A stretch of DNA of 57,752 nucleotides from an uncultured Dehalococcoidales bacterium (GCA_964493955.1 CAZBPZ010000001.1:1-57752); one strand, 5' to 3'; positions 43,669 through 52,185 are shown, numbered from the stretch's first letter. Notes: a model not told the origin generated them from the sequence alone. Program-made: numbers and translations.

Positions 43669-43980
43669 GTGGCCAGGGAGAAATGCCCGGCCTGCCACCA
43701 GAAGGTTGCACCCGGGAGCATCCAGGACCACCCGATTATCCCCGCAGAGGTCACCAGGGCCGGAGGCATCGGCCAGCCCCAGACATTCCGCCTTTGCGAG
43801 GACTGCCGCCGTGCCCTGGCGAGCTGGTACACGGCCCGTGTGCACCACTCCGACTTTGACCCTGCCACCCGCCGTTTCCGCCCCAAGTCCTCGCTGGAGC
43901 TGGTCAAGGAGTACCAGCAGGTGTTTGCCAGCTTCCTGGAGGTCAGGCGGCGGCTGGCCCGGACCGGCCGCCGCCGGTAG
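43669..43980 (+). CDS. small zinc-ribbon protein (CxxC...CxxC), function unknown
   Basis: CPACHQK...CEDCRR. GTG 43669 follows GGGAGGGGG. Basic C-terminus. Confidence 0.45.
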   Translation: MAREKCPACHQKVAPGSIQDHPIIPAEVTRAGGIGQPQTFRLCEDCRRALASWYTARVHHSDFDPATRRFRPKSSLELVKEYQQVFASFLEVRRRLARTGRRR

Positions 43981-44166
43981 GACACCGGCTGCTTCGGGTC
44001 AACCCCGGCCCCTTTTGAGCACCGTTTACGCTCGTCCGAGGGCGTATGGCGCCGTAAGAGCGAGTTTCCACAAGTTCCCAAACTGACGATGCTCAAAGAT
44101 ACTCCGTATACCCTGTGAGAACCCGGCTCAGTCAGCTAACCTCTAAAAATAGCCGCTTCAGCCACT

Positions 44167-44195
44167 TTGACACCCGCCTCCCGATTTGCTAGACT
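44167..44195 (+). promoter_or_regulatory. strong sigma70-like promoter (TTGACA-N17-TAGACT), ~240 nt upstream of proV
   Basis: Hexamers at 44167-44172 and 44190-44195. Confidence 0.5.
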
Positions 44196-44440
44196 GCCAC
44201 TGTCCAACGAAGCAGCAGGAGGACCACTGCGCCCCGGAAGTGGCACCCTGCTGAGGAGCGAGTCAGCCAATCAGAATGCAGGAACGCAAGACAAGCGGTA
44301 ATACAGGGACGCATTCCCTGTCGCGCCAGTACTGCTTCGACTGACCGGGCCTTCCAGTCCCCGCGTCCCAGCCAGGTCTGGGAAATCTCCATACCCCCGC
44401 TTTCTTCCCGGATTGTGTGCTACATTCGGAGAGGAGCACT

Positions 44441-45658
44441 ATGTCCGAAAATGAAGTCATGATAACCTGCCAGCACCTCTGGAAAATCTTTGGACCTTCT
44501 CCAGAGAGCGTCATCGACATTGCCAGCAACGGCAAGACGAAGGATGAAATCCTCGAAGAGACAGGCCATGTCATTGCCGTCAAGGATGTCTCGTTCCAGG
44601 TGTACGAGAGTGAGATATTCGTGGTCATGGGACTTTCCGGCAGCGGTAAATCTACCCTTATCCGCTGCCTCAACCGCCTGATAGAGCCCACGCGCGGTGA
44701 GGTAATGGTGGCCGGACTTGACATGCTGGCGCTGACCGAGGCCGAGCTGCGCGAGTTGCGCCGTTACAAGCTGAGCATGGTCTTCCAGCACTTTGGCCTG
44801 CTGCCCCACCGCACCGTGGAAGAAAACGTCGGCTTCGGGCTGGAGATCCGCGGTGAGCACGGCCAGAGCAAGAAAGAGAAGGTCATGCAGGCGCTGGAAA
44901 TGGTGGGGCTGAAGGGCTGGGAGCGCAGCCACATCTATGAGCTCAGCGGCGGCATGCAGCAGCGGGTTGGCCCGGCGCGTGCCCTGGCCGGGGGGGCCGA
45001 CATACTTCTCATGGACGAGCCTTTCAGCGCGCTTGACCCCCTCATCCGCCGGCAGATGCAGGACGAGTTCATCAAGCTACGCGACTCCGTCAACCAGACT
45101 GTCATCTTCATCACACATGACCTGCTGGAGGCACTCCGCCTCGGCGACCGGGTTGCCATCATGCGTGACGGTGAGATTGTGCAGCTCGGCACGCCGCAGG
45201 AAATTGTAACGGCCCCGGCCGATGACTACGTGGCCGAGTTTGTCAAAGATGTGCCGCGCGGCCAGGTCATCCCGGTGGAGAACATCATGCGGCCGGCGAA
45301 GGTGGTGGTAACACCAGAGAAGCCCCTAACCGAGGTGATAGGTATGCTGGAGGCTAGCGGCGCTCCGGCCGCCTACGTCATCGACCAGTACCGCCGTGTC
45401 CAGGGCACCGTTCTGCTCGAGGTGGCCCGGGAAGCTGCCGAGAGCGGCATGGACAGCATTGCTCACGCCATGAACCTCGAGTACAGCTCGTGCCTGCCGG
45501 ACACGCGTCTGGACCAATGTCTGGCAATGGTGGCCGAGGATGATACCCCCCTGCCGGTAGTAGACCGACGCAGGCGCCTGCTGGGAATTGTCACCCGGAC
45601 CGACATCATCAATGCCATGCAGCTCGGTGGCGCTGAGAACGGTAGCAACGGCAGCTAG
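44441..45658 (+). CDS. proV: glycine betaine/proline-type ABC transporter ATP-binding protein with tandem CBS domains
   Basis: GLSGSGKST, LSGGMQQRVG, LLMDEPFSALD, C-terminal CBS pair. ATG 44441 follows GGAGAGGAG. Confidence 0.9.
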   Translation: MSENEVMITCQHLWKIFGPSPESVIDIASNGKTKDEILEETGHVIAVKDVSFQVYESEIFVVMGLSGSGKSTLIRCLNRLIEPTRGEVMVAGLDMLALTEAELRELRRYKLSMVFQHFGLLPHRTVEENVGFGLEIRGEHGQSKKEKVMQALEMVGLKGWERSHIYELSGGMQQRVGPARALAGGADILLMDEPFSALDPLIRRQMQDEFIKLRDSVNQTVIFITHDLLEALRLGDRVAIMRDGEIVQLGTPQEIVTAPADDYVAEFVKDVPRGQVIPVENIMRPAKVVVTPEKPLTEVIGMLEASGAPAAYVIDQYRRVQGTVLLEVAREAAESGMDSIAHAMNLEYSSCLPDTRLDQCLAMVAEDDTPLPVVDRRRRLLGIVTRTDIINAMQLGGAENGSNGS

Positions 45659-45713
45659 TGTGCTGCCGTTGCCCGGCATGACCGGCGAGGCCTGACAGGA
45701 AAGTGAGACTCAA

Positions 45714-46784
45714 GTGAAACAAGACATCTCTACCCCTGCTCCGCTGGAAGAGAGCGGCCGCCTGTTGCAGATGTGGCACAGGCTTACTGGCAATGGTACG
45801 GGCAGGTCGCGTGTCCTCAAATGGTCACTGGCTATCATCCTGACGGCGGGCTTCATTGCCATCAGCGTCTCCCTGCATAGTGCCGTGAAGCCAGGCGAGT
45901 TTGCCGGGCCTGCCCTTGACATCCCGCGCGAGTGGGACAAAGGCTGGGATGTCATCAAAGTAATCGACAAGGGTGTTGATTGGCTGGTCATCGAGGGTGA
46001 CGCCTTCTTTGGCGCCATCCATGCGGTGGTCATTGGAATGCTCCGCCCCTTCCGTAACTTTCTGCTGTGGTTGCCGTGGTGGCTGGTGATGCTGGTGGTA
46101 GGCCTCATCTCGTGGCGGGCCGTTGGCTTCTGGTTCGGGGCACTGACGGTAGCATTCTTTGTCTATTACATCTTCATGGGCCTCTATGACCTTTCCATGA
46201 TGACGCTTGCCATTGTGCTCACCTCCACCGTGCTCTGCGTGGTGGTGGGTGTGCCCATCGGCATCTTTGCCGGCAAGAGCGACCGGTTCGAGAACACCAT
46301 CCGGCCCATCCTGGACATGATGCAGACACTGCCCAGCTTTGTATACCTCATACCGGCCCTCATGCTCTTCGGGCTGGGTATGGTACCGGCCGTAATGGCA
46401 ACCTGCATCTATGCCATACCACCTATCATCCGCCTGACTAGCCTGGGCATCCGGCAGGTAGACGCACGGGTGGTCGAGGCAGCCAGGTCCTTCGGAACCA
46501 CCACCTGGCAGCTTCTCACCAGGGTGCAGATTCCCCTGGCCATGCCCACCATCATGGCCGGACTTAACCAGACAGTCATGATGGCCCTGGCGATGGTGGT
46601 GCTGGCCTCGATGATCGGTGCCAGTGGCCTCGGCGTGGAGGTACTGAACGGCATCGCCCGTGTCGAGCCAGGCCGTGGCTTCATTGCCGGCATAGCCATT
46701 GTCTTCATGGCAATTGTTCTGGACCGCGTTAGCCAGGCGTTTGCCCGGCGTCAGCCGGGACTCGCACCTGTCAGGGCTGGCTGA
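45714..46784 (+). CDS. proW: glycine betaine/proline-type ABC transporter permease
   Basis: BPD-type permease with the long N-terminal extension typical of ProW/OpuAB. EAA-like loop (VVEAARSFGTTTWQLL). Confidence 0.9.
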   Translation: MKQDISTPAPLEESGRLLQMWHRLTGNGTGRSRVLKWSLAIILTAGFIAISVSLHSAVKPGEFAGPALDIPREWDKGWDVIKVIDKGVDWLVIEGDAFFGAIHAVVIGMLRPFRNFLLWLPWWLVMLVVGLISWRAVGFWFGALTVAFFVYYIFMGLYDLSMMTLAIVLTSTVLCVVVGVPIGIFAGKSDRFENTIRPILDMMQTLPSFVYLIPALMLFGLGMVPAVMATCIYAIPPIIRLTSLGIRQVDARVVEAARSFGTTTWQLLTRVQIPLAMPTIMAGLNQTVMMALAMVVLASMIGASGLGVEVLNGIARVEPGRGFIAGIAIVFMAIVLDRVSQAFARRQPGLAPVRAG

Positions 46785-46863
46785 TATACCAATACGCCGT
46801 GTCCGGCTACACTCTGAGAGCCGACACCGCGAAGGGGGGTGAAAGATAGGCGAGGAGTTCGCT

Positions 46864-46890
46864 CTTCCCTGGCGGCGGCCGCTAGGGAAG
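46864..46890 (+). other. intercistronic GC-rich hairpin between proW and proX
   Basis: CTTCCCTGGCGGC / GCCGCTAGGGAAG arms with one G-T position and a NotI-like centre. Confidence 0.5.
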
Positions 46891-46947
46891 AAGCACCACA
46901 CCTGAAAGAACGTGAAACAGGCAATTTGAAGAGGAGGCTACATACAG

Positions 46948-48039
46948 ATGCTGAGGAAACAAGGTTGGAAACGGTGGCTCTGGGTGATGGTGGCCGGCCT
47001 GGTACTGGCTACCCTGCTCGCCGGGTGTACCTCCAAGACCACCGAGAAATACCCGCCCGAGGACAAGGCGGCCGCCGTTTTCGGCTATTACTGGGCGCCG
47101 ACGGCCCTGATGGGTATGTACGACTGGTACATACTGGAAGAGCCAGAGTACGACCCGGATATCTGGGCAAAAATCACAGCCGCCAAGGATGACCCCAGCC
47201 TGAGGCCGCTGAGCGAGGCCTGCGCCTACGAGACGGTACCGATTACCAAAGGCGTGTGGTCCGGCCTGAAAGATATGGCACCAGACGTGTACGAGATGCT
47301 CAAGAAGATGGTCATCGGCCTGGAACCCATCAACAGGACGGCCGCCTGGGCCAAGGCGCACGAGGTGCAGAACTGGGAGGATGCCGCCATCTGGTACCTG
47401 CAGAACTTCGAGGAGCGCTGGAAGCAGTGGGTCACCCCCGAGGCCTATGAAAAGGTCAAAGCAGCGCTGGCCGGTAACCCGACCGCCCCCTCACCGGAGA
47501 AGCCGACCATCCTGTTTGGCGACGCACAGTTTGAGTCCATCTGGATAAACAACGCCATTGCCGAGTACATCGTGAAGTATGGCTACGGCTATCCGGCCGA
47601 GAGTGTCCAGATGACGACCGTCGTCTGGCAGGTAGCCCTCCCCAAGGGTGACATCCACGTCCAGCTTGAACTCTGGAAGCAGAACCTGCAGGACTGGTTC
47701 AACGAGCAGATTGCCAAGGGCACCATCGAAGAGCTTGGCATGACCTACGAGGGCGGGCCGCAGTTCTTCATTATCCCGCAGTGGGTACACGAGAAGTACA
47801 ACATCAACACCATCTTTGATATGAAAGACCACTGGGAGCTGTTCCAGGACCCGGAGGACCCCTCCAAAGGCGCTTTCTACAACTGCATCATCGGCTGGCA
47901 GTGTGCCGCCATCAACGAGGTCAAACTCGAGGCCTACGGCCTGACCGACTATTACAACATCATCTCCCCGGGCAGCTCCGGCGCACTTGAGGCGGCCCTG
48001 GCCGGCCCGCAGAAACGGTACCAGGCAAGGCAGCAATAG
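46948..48039 (+). CDS. proX: glycine betaine-type substrate-binding lipoprotein, circularly permuted relative to E. coli ProX
   Basis: Lipobox LLAGC (Cys27). ProX-like segments are present but in swapped order (see findings). Confidence 0.85.
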   Translation: MLRKQGWKRWLWVMVAGLVLATLLAGCTSKTTEKYPPEDKAAAVFGYYWAPTALMGMYDWYILEEPEYDPDIWAKITAAKDDPSLRPLSEACAYETVPITKGVWSGLKDMAPDVYEMLKKMVIGLEPINRTAAWAKAHEVQNWEDAAIWYLQNFEERWKQWVTPEAYEKVKAALAGNPTAPSPEKPTILFGDAQFESIWINNAIAEYIVKYGYGYPAESVQMTTVVWQVALPKGDIHVQLELWKQNLQDWFNEQIAKGTIEELGMTYEGGPQFFIIPQWVHEKYNINTIFDMKDHWELFQDPEDPSKGAFYNCIIGWQCAAINEVKLEAYGLTDYYNIISPGSSGALEAALAGPQKRYQARQQ

Positions 48040-48080
48040 TAAAGACCTGCCTCGGTACCCGCAGATACCAGTCCCAAAAA

Positions 48081-48111
48081 CTACGCCCCCTGCCTGAGGC
48101 AGGGGGCGTAG
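48081..48111. terminator. bidirectional intrinsic terminator between convergent proX and the acyl-CoA dehydrogenase gene
   Basis: Perfect 14-bp stem CTACGCCCCCTGCC / GGCAGGGGGCGTAG with a 3-nt loop. Flanked by AAAAA upstream, which gives a U-tract for the minus-strand transcript. The plus-strand downstream U-tract is weak. Confidence 0.7.
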
Positions 48112-48136
48112 TAGTCTGTTCGGGCGGCGGCCGGGT

Positions 48137-49336
48137 CTATTTCAGTTGCTCGCGGGTGTAGCCCAGGATGCGCCGGGCCACCACCAGCATGTTTATCTGG
48201 CCCGTCCCTTCGAAGATATCGTTTATCCTGCCGTCCCGCATCCACTTCTCCAGCAGGTACCGGCGCGAATAGCCGAGCGGGCCCATGATTTCCACCGCCT
48301 TCTGGGTGATACGGGTCACCGCCAGGCCGGCCTTGGCCTTGGCCATGGAGGCCTCCAGGCTGTTGGGCTGGAGCTGGCTCATCTGCCAGACGGCCCGCAG
48401 CATCAGCATCCGGGCCGCCTTGTAGTGGGCTTCCATCTCCATGAGGTCACGCTCCACTGCCGTCAGCCTGGTGCGCGGTGCCCCGTAACGCGGCACAATC
48501 CCTTCCTTTGCCAGCGCCTCGCGGACGAAGTCGAGCGCGGCCCGGCCCACCCCGAGCGCCATGGCAGCGATGATAGGGCGCGTGGCGTCGAAGGTGGCCA
48601 TGGCCCGCTTGAAGCCGGCCGTCTGGCCCGGCTCAACCTTACGCACCTCGGGGTCGCCCAGGATGTTCTCGTACGGGATACGGCAGTTTTCCAGGATAAG
48701 GGTGGCGGTATCGCTGGCCCGGATGCCGAGCTTGTTCTCCACCTTCTCGATACGCGCCCCCGGCGTACCGGCCTCGACCACGAACGGCTTCATCCCGGCC
48801 CGGCCGGCCGACTTATCAACCGTGGCCCAGACGACAATCAGCCCGTCCGACTCCTCCAGGGCGCGCTTGCCGCCGGTGATGAATATCTTCTCCCCGTTGA
48901 GGACCCACTCGTTACCGTCCCGCACGGCCGTGGTCTGGATGGCCGAGGTATCGGAGCCGCAGCCGGGCTCGGTCATGGCCATGGCCCCCCACTTCGGTTC
49001 CCCCTCGGCGAAGCGGCCCAGGAACCTCTGCTGCTGCTCGCGGGTGCCGCTCATCAGGATGGCGGCGCCACCCAGCCCCGAGCCCGGGGCTGCCAGCATC
49101 AGGCCAGCGTCTCCCCAGCAGGTCTCTTCAATGCGCAGGGCGGTGGCCACCCCGATACCCAGCATGCCGGCCTCGCCGCGCCGCTGCTTCTCCCACTGTT
49201 CCCGGATGAACTCGTCCGGGCTTTCGTGCTCATGCTCGTCGTAGTAACGCGCAATCGGCCGCATCTCTTCTTCGGCCTCCTGGTGGGCACGCGCCACGAT
49301 TTCCTGTTCTTCGGGTGTCAGCTCAAAGTCAATCAT
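48137..49336 (-). CDS. acyl-CoA dehydrogenase family protein (subunit B of a probable heteromeric pair)
   Basis: ACAD fold motifs (GAMAMTEPGCGSD, IFEGTGQI). ATG 49336 lies 13 nt after the upstream gene stop (GGAGGG SD). Confidence 0.85.
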   Translation of the reverse strand: MIDFELTPEEQEIVARAHQEAEEEMRPIARYYDEHEHESPDEFIREQWEKQRRGEAGMLGIGVATALRIEETCWGDAGLMLAAPGSGLGGAAILMSGTREQQQRFLGRFAEGEPKWGAMAMTEPGCGSDTSAIQTTAVRDGNEWVLNGEKIFITGGKRALEESDGLIVVWATVDKSAGRAGMKPFVVEAGTPGARIEKVENKLGIRASDTATLILENCRIPYENILGDPEVRKVEPGQTAGFKRAMATFDATRPIIAAMALGVGRAALDFVREALAKEGIVPRYGAPRTRLTAVERDLMEMEAHYKAARMLMLRAVWQMSQLQPNSLEASMAKAKAGLAVTRITQKAVEIMGPLGYSRRYLLEKWMRDGRINDIFEGTGQINMLVVARRILGYTREQLK

Positions 49337-49349
49337 CCTGCCTGCCCTC

Positions 49350-50444
49350 CTAGACCATTGCCATCCCGTCAAAGCTGGCAAAGCCGCGCCCGTTGCGCAG
49401 CCAGAGCTCCACCGGGTGGTCGCGGATGTAGCCGTGGCCGCCCAGAATCTGGACGGCGCGGTCGGTGGCCATCAGCACCATGTCATCGGCGTACATCTTC
49501 ACCAGTGACGCCTCTTTGGTGGCGTCCTCACCCCGGTCGAGCTTCCAGGCGGCCTCCCAGGTCATGATACGGGTGGCATCAATCTCAATTGCCATCTCCG
49601 CCAGCATGAAGGCAATCGCCTGGCGCGAGGCAATCGGTTCCCCGAAGGCGTGCCTTTCCTTGGCGTAGTCACGGGCATACTCGAAGGCGGCCCGGGCCAC
49701 ACCCACCGCCATGGCGGATAGCGCCACCCGGGAGAGGTTCATCAGCCGGGCAAAATCACAGCCGTCCTCGCCCCCGAGGCGGTTCGCCGCCGGTATGCGG
49801 CAGTCATGCAGGGTAACCTCGTAGGTGGCCAGGGCTTTAATACCCATGTTCTTCTCACGCTCCAGCACCGTCAGGCCGGGCGTGCCGCCTTCAAGGATGA
49901 AGGCCTGGGTGCAACCGTCATCGCTGGCATAGACGATTATCAGTTCCGCCCCGGCTGCCAGGGGCACGAAGCACTTATGGCCGTTGAGGACGTACCCGTC
50001 ACCCTCGCGGCGGGCGGTTGTCTCAAGCCTGTTCGGGTCAAACCCGAAGCGTGGCTCCACCAGGGCGGCAGTGGCTGCCGGGAAGGTGCTGCCGCAGAGG
50101 TACGGCAGGTATTTCTCCTTCTGTGATGGTGTGCCGAACTCCACCAGCGGTACGGCCGCCAGCGCCGGTGCCAGGATGTGCAGGGCCATTGAGAGGTCCC
50201 CCCAGGCCAGCTCCTCGCAGACCATGCTCCCGGTCACGGCCGAGCGGTCACCCCCCAGCCCGCCGTACTCCTCGGGTATGCCGCTGCTGGTAAAGCCGAG
50301 CTGCCAGGCGGTGTCCACTATCTCCTGCGGAATGCTGCCGGACTCGTCGGCTGCCCGGTAGGCCTGGCGCACGTGGTCGTTCACAAACTCCCTGACCAGG
50401 CTGACAATCATCTGCTGTTCTTCGGTCGGGCTGAGCGAAATCAT
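49350..50444 (-). CDS. acyl-CoA dehydrogenase family protein (subunit A of a probable heteromeric pair, short C-terminus)
   Basis: ACAD N-terminal, middle and C-terminal domains recognisable. Ends shortly after GGHGYIRDHPVELWLRN. Confidence 0.85.
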   Translation of the reverse strand: MISLSPTEEQQMIVSLVREFVNDHVRQAYRAADESGSIPQEIVDTAWQLGFTSSGIPEEYGGLGGDRSAVTGSMVCEELAWGDLSMALHILAPALAAVPLVEFGTPSQKEKYLPYLCGSTFPAATAALVEPRFGFDPNRLETTARREGDGYVLNGHKCFVPLAAGAELIIVYASDDGCTQAFILEGGTPGLTVLEREKNMGIKALATYEVTLHDCRIPAANRLGGEDGCDFARLMNLSRVALSAMAVGVARAAFEYARDYAKERHAFGEPIASRQAIAFMLAEMAIEIDATRIMTWEAAWKLDRGEDATKEASLVKMYADDMVLMATDRAVQILGGHGYIRDHPVELWLRNGRGFASFDGMAMV

Positions 50445-50458
50445 CGGCTGCCTCCTGG

Positions 50459-51043
50459 TTACTTGCCGCCCGGTTTTTCCATTTCAAGCCCCACGCGGAA
50501 CGCCGGGGCGATGACCTCGCCGTAGGCCTGGTAGCGGGCCTGCGGCCGGGTCACGAAGATGAAGGGGCGTATCCTGTCCACGTCGGGGTGCCCGTCCGTC
50601 AGGCACTCCTCGGAGACGTGGGTCTCCACGACCTCGCCCACCACCAGCCAGTGGCTGCCCAGGTGAAGCATGTGGACCACCCGGCACTCCAGGTTCACCG
50701 GGCACTGGCGAATGAGGGGTGCTCTATCAAGCTGGCCGTAGAAGACATCGAAGCCACAGACGGCCACCTTGTCCACCGTGGCCCCGGAGCGGATACCGCA
50801 GTAGTCAGCCTCACGGACCTGGTCAACCGAGGGGATATTGACCGAGAACTGGCCATGCTCGCGGATACCCTTCATCGTGTAGCGGCGCCCCTGGAGCGAG
50901 ACGGAGAGCATCGGCGGCTGGCTGGCCGCCACCCCGCACCAGGCAATCGCCAGGAAGTTGGGGTGTCCGTCCACCACCGCCCCCACCAGCGTGGCGGGCA
51001 TGGGGTATATCAGGGTGGTGGGACCGAGTCTTGTCTTTGCCAT
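50459..51043 (-). CDS. flavin reductase family protein (FMN-binding split barrel)
   Basis: IYPMPATLVGAVVDGHPNFLAIAWCG... pattern. GAGGAGGG SD before ATG 51043. Confidence 0.8.
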   Translation of the reverse strand: MAKTRLGPTTLIYPMPATLVGAVVDGHPNFLAIAWCGVAASQPPMLSVSLQGRRYTMKGIREHGQFSVNIPSVDQVREADYCGIRSGATVDKVAVCGFDVFYGQLDRAPLIRQCPVNLECRVVHMLHLGSHWLVVGEVVETHVSEECLTDGHPDVDRIRPFIFVTRPQARYQAYGEVIAPAFRVGLEMEKPGGK

Positions 51044-51072
51044 GTTTCCCTCCTCAGCCTGTCTTACCGGGC

Positions 51073-52074
51073 CTACTTGATACGCCGGTTCGGCCTTTTT
51101 TTCACCTCCGGGTTCGCCAGGTCGCGCGGCCACTGGCCTTTCAGGGCGGCCACCACCGCCGCGACGGTGCGCTGGCGCAGCACCTGGAGCGACTTCTCCG
51201 AGTAGTAGGCGGAATGGGCCGTCACCAGCACATTCTCAAGCTGCAGCAGCGGGTTGGCCGGGTCGGGTGGTTCGGGGTCGGTCACGTCCAGCCCGGCGCC
51301 AGCTATCTCATGGGTGGCCAGTGCCTGGTAGAGGGCCTTCTCGTCGACGAGTTCCCCGCGCGAGGTGTTTATAAGATAAGCGGTGGGTTTCATTGCCTTG
51401 AGCTCGGCCGCGCCGATGATGCCTTTCGTCCCGGCGGTTACCGGGCAGTGCAGCGCCACGTAGTCGGACTCTGCCAGCAGGTATGGCAGCTCCACCTTCT
51501 CGTAGCCCTGCCGTACCACCTCTTCCTCGGACACGTAAGGGTCGTAGACAAGCAGCCTGAGGCCGAAGGCCGCCGCCTTGCGGGCAAAAGCCGAGCCGAT
51601 GCGCCCCAGGCCGATGACGCCGCAGGTCTGCTCGCTGAGGCGAAAGGCAGGCCGCCGGACCTCGAATATCTCGCGGCGGCCCAGCTGCCAGGCCCCCTGC
51701 CTGACAAGGCGGTCCACCGGCACCAGCCTGCGGGCCAGCGCCAGCAGCAGCGCCATGGCATGGTCAGATACCTCGTCAACGCTGGCATCGGGAACAAATG
51801 CCACCGGAATCCCGGCCTCGGTGGCGGCCGCCACGTCAATGTTGTTGTAGCCCACCCCGGTACGGCTGATGACACGGCACTTCACCATCTCGCGGATGAC
51901 GCGGGCCGTGTAAGGCTCGGTGGCACCCACCATGACGGCGTCCGCATTCCAGGCAGAGCGGATGATGTCCTCCTCCGTCCACACCGGCGCCAGCACCAGC
52001 TCGGCTTCCACCCCGGCCAGCTGCCGCTCGATATCCGCCCCGCCCCCGATACCAGACACAACCTTGAAAGCCAT
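51073..52074 (-). CDS. D-isomer-specific 2-hydroxyacid dehydrogenase family protein
   Basis: NAD-binding GVIGLGRIGSAFARK, catalytic-region pattern INTSRGELVD...DV...EP..., and HSAYYS. Confidence 0.85.
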   Translation of the reverse strand: MAFKVVSGIGGGADIERQLAGVEAELVLAPVWTEEDIIRSAWNADAVMVGATEPYTARVIREMVKCRVISRTGVGYNNIDVAAATEAGIPVAFVPDASVDEVSDHAMALLLALARRLVPVDRLVRQGAWQLGRREIFEVRRPAFRLSEQTCGVIGLGRIGSAFARKAAAFGLRLLVYDPYVSEEEVVRQGYEKVELPYLLAESDYVALHCPVTAGTKGIIGAAELKAMKPTAYLINTSRGELVDEKALYQALATHEIAGAGLDVTDPEPPDPANPLLQLENVLVTAHSAYYSEKSLQVLRQRTVAAVVAALKGQWPRDLANPEVKKRPNRRIK

Positions 52075-52102
52075 CTTGCCGCTACCACTCTCCTTGCAGG
52101 TA

Positions 52103-52125
52103 TGCCCCGCCCTCCGGGCGGGGCA
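52103..52125. other. 10-bp-stem GC hairpin in the 5' UTR of the minus-strand operon
   Basis: TGCCCCGCCC-TCC-GGGCGGGGCA. Confidence 0.55.
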
Positions 52126-52149
52126 AAGGACACTTTAGGGGGTGCTGCT

Positions 52150-52185
52150 CTCGCTGTCAAGCAGGGCCCGCTGTTTGACAGCGAG
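52150..52185. promoter_or_regulatory. perfect 11-bp inverted repeat CTCGCTGTCAA-N14-TTGACAGCGAG carrying two back-to-back -35 boxes
   Basis: Each arm reads TTGACA toward one of the two divergent operons. -10 candidates are TAGCAT (52199-52204, plus strand) and TAAAGT (reverse complement of 52132-52137, minus strand). Confidence 0.55.

Noticed and set aside
42232-43848. 538-aa ORF on the minus strand
   Set aside because: It is antisense to the M20 hydrolase gene. Low-complexity Gly/Ala/Arg/His-rich translation.
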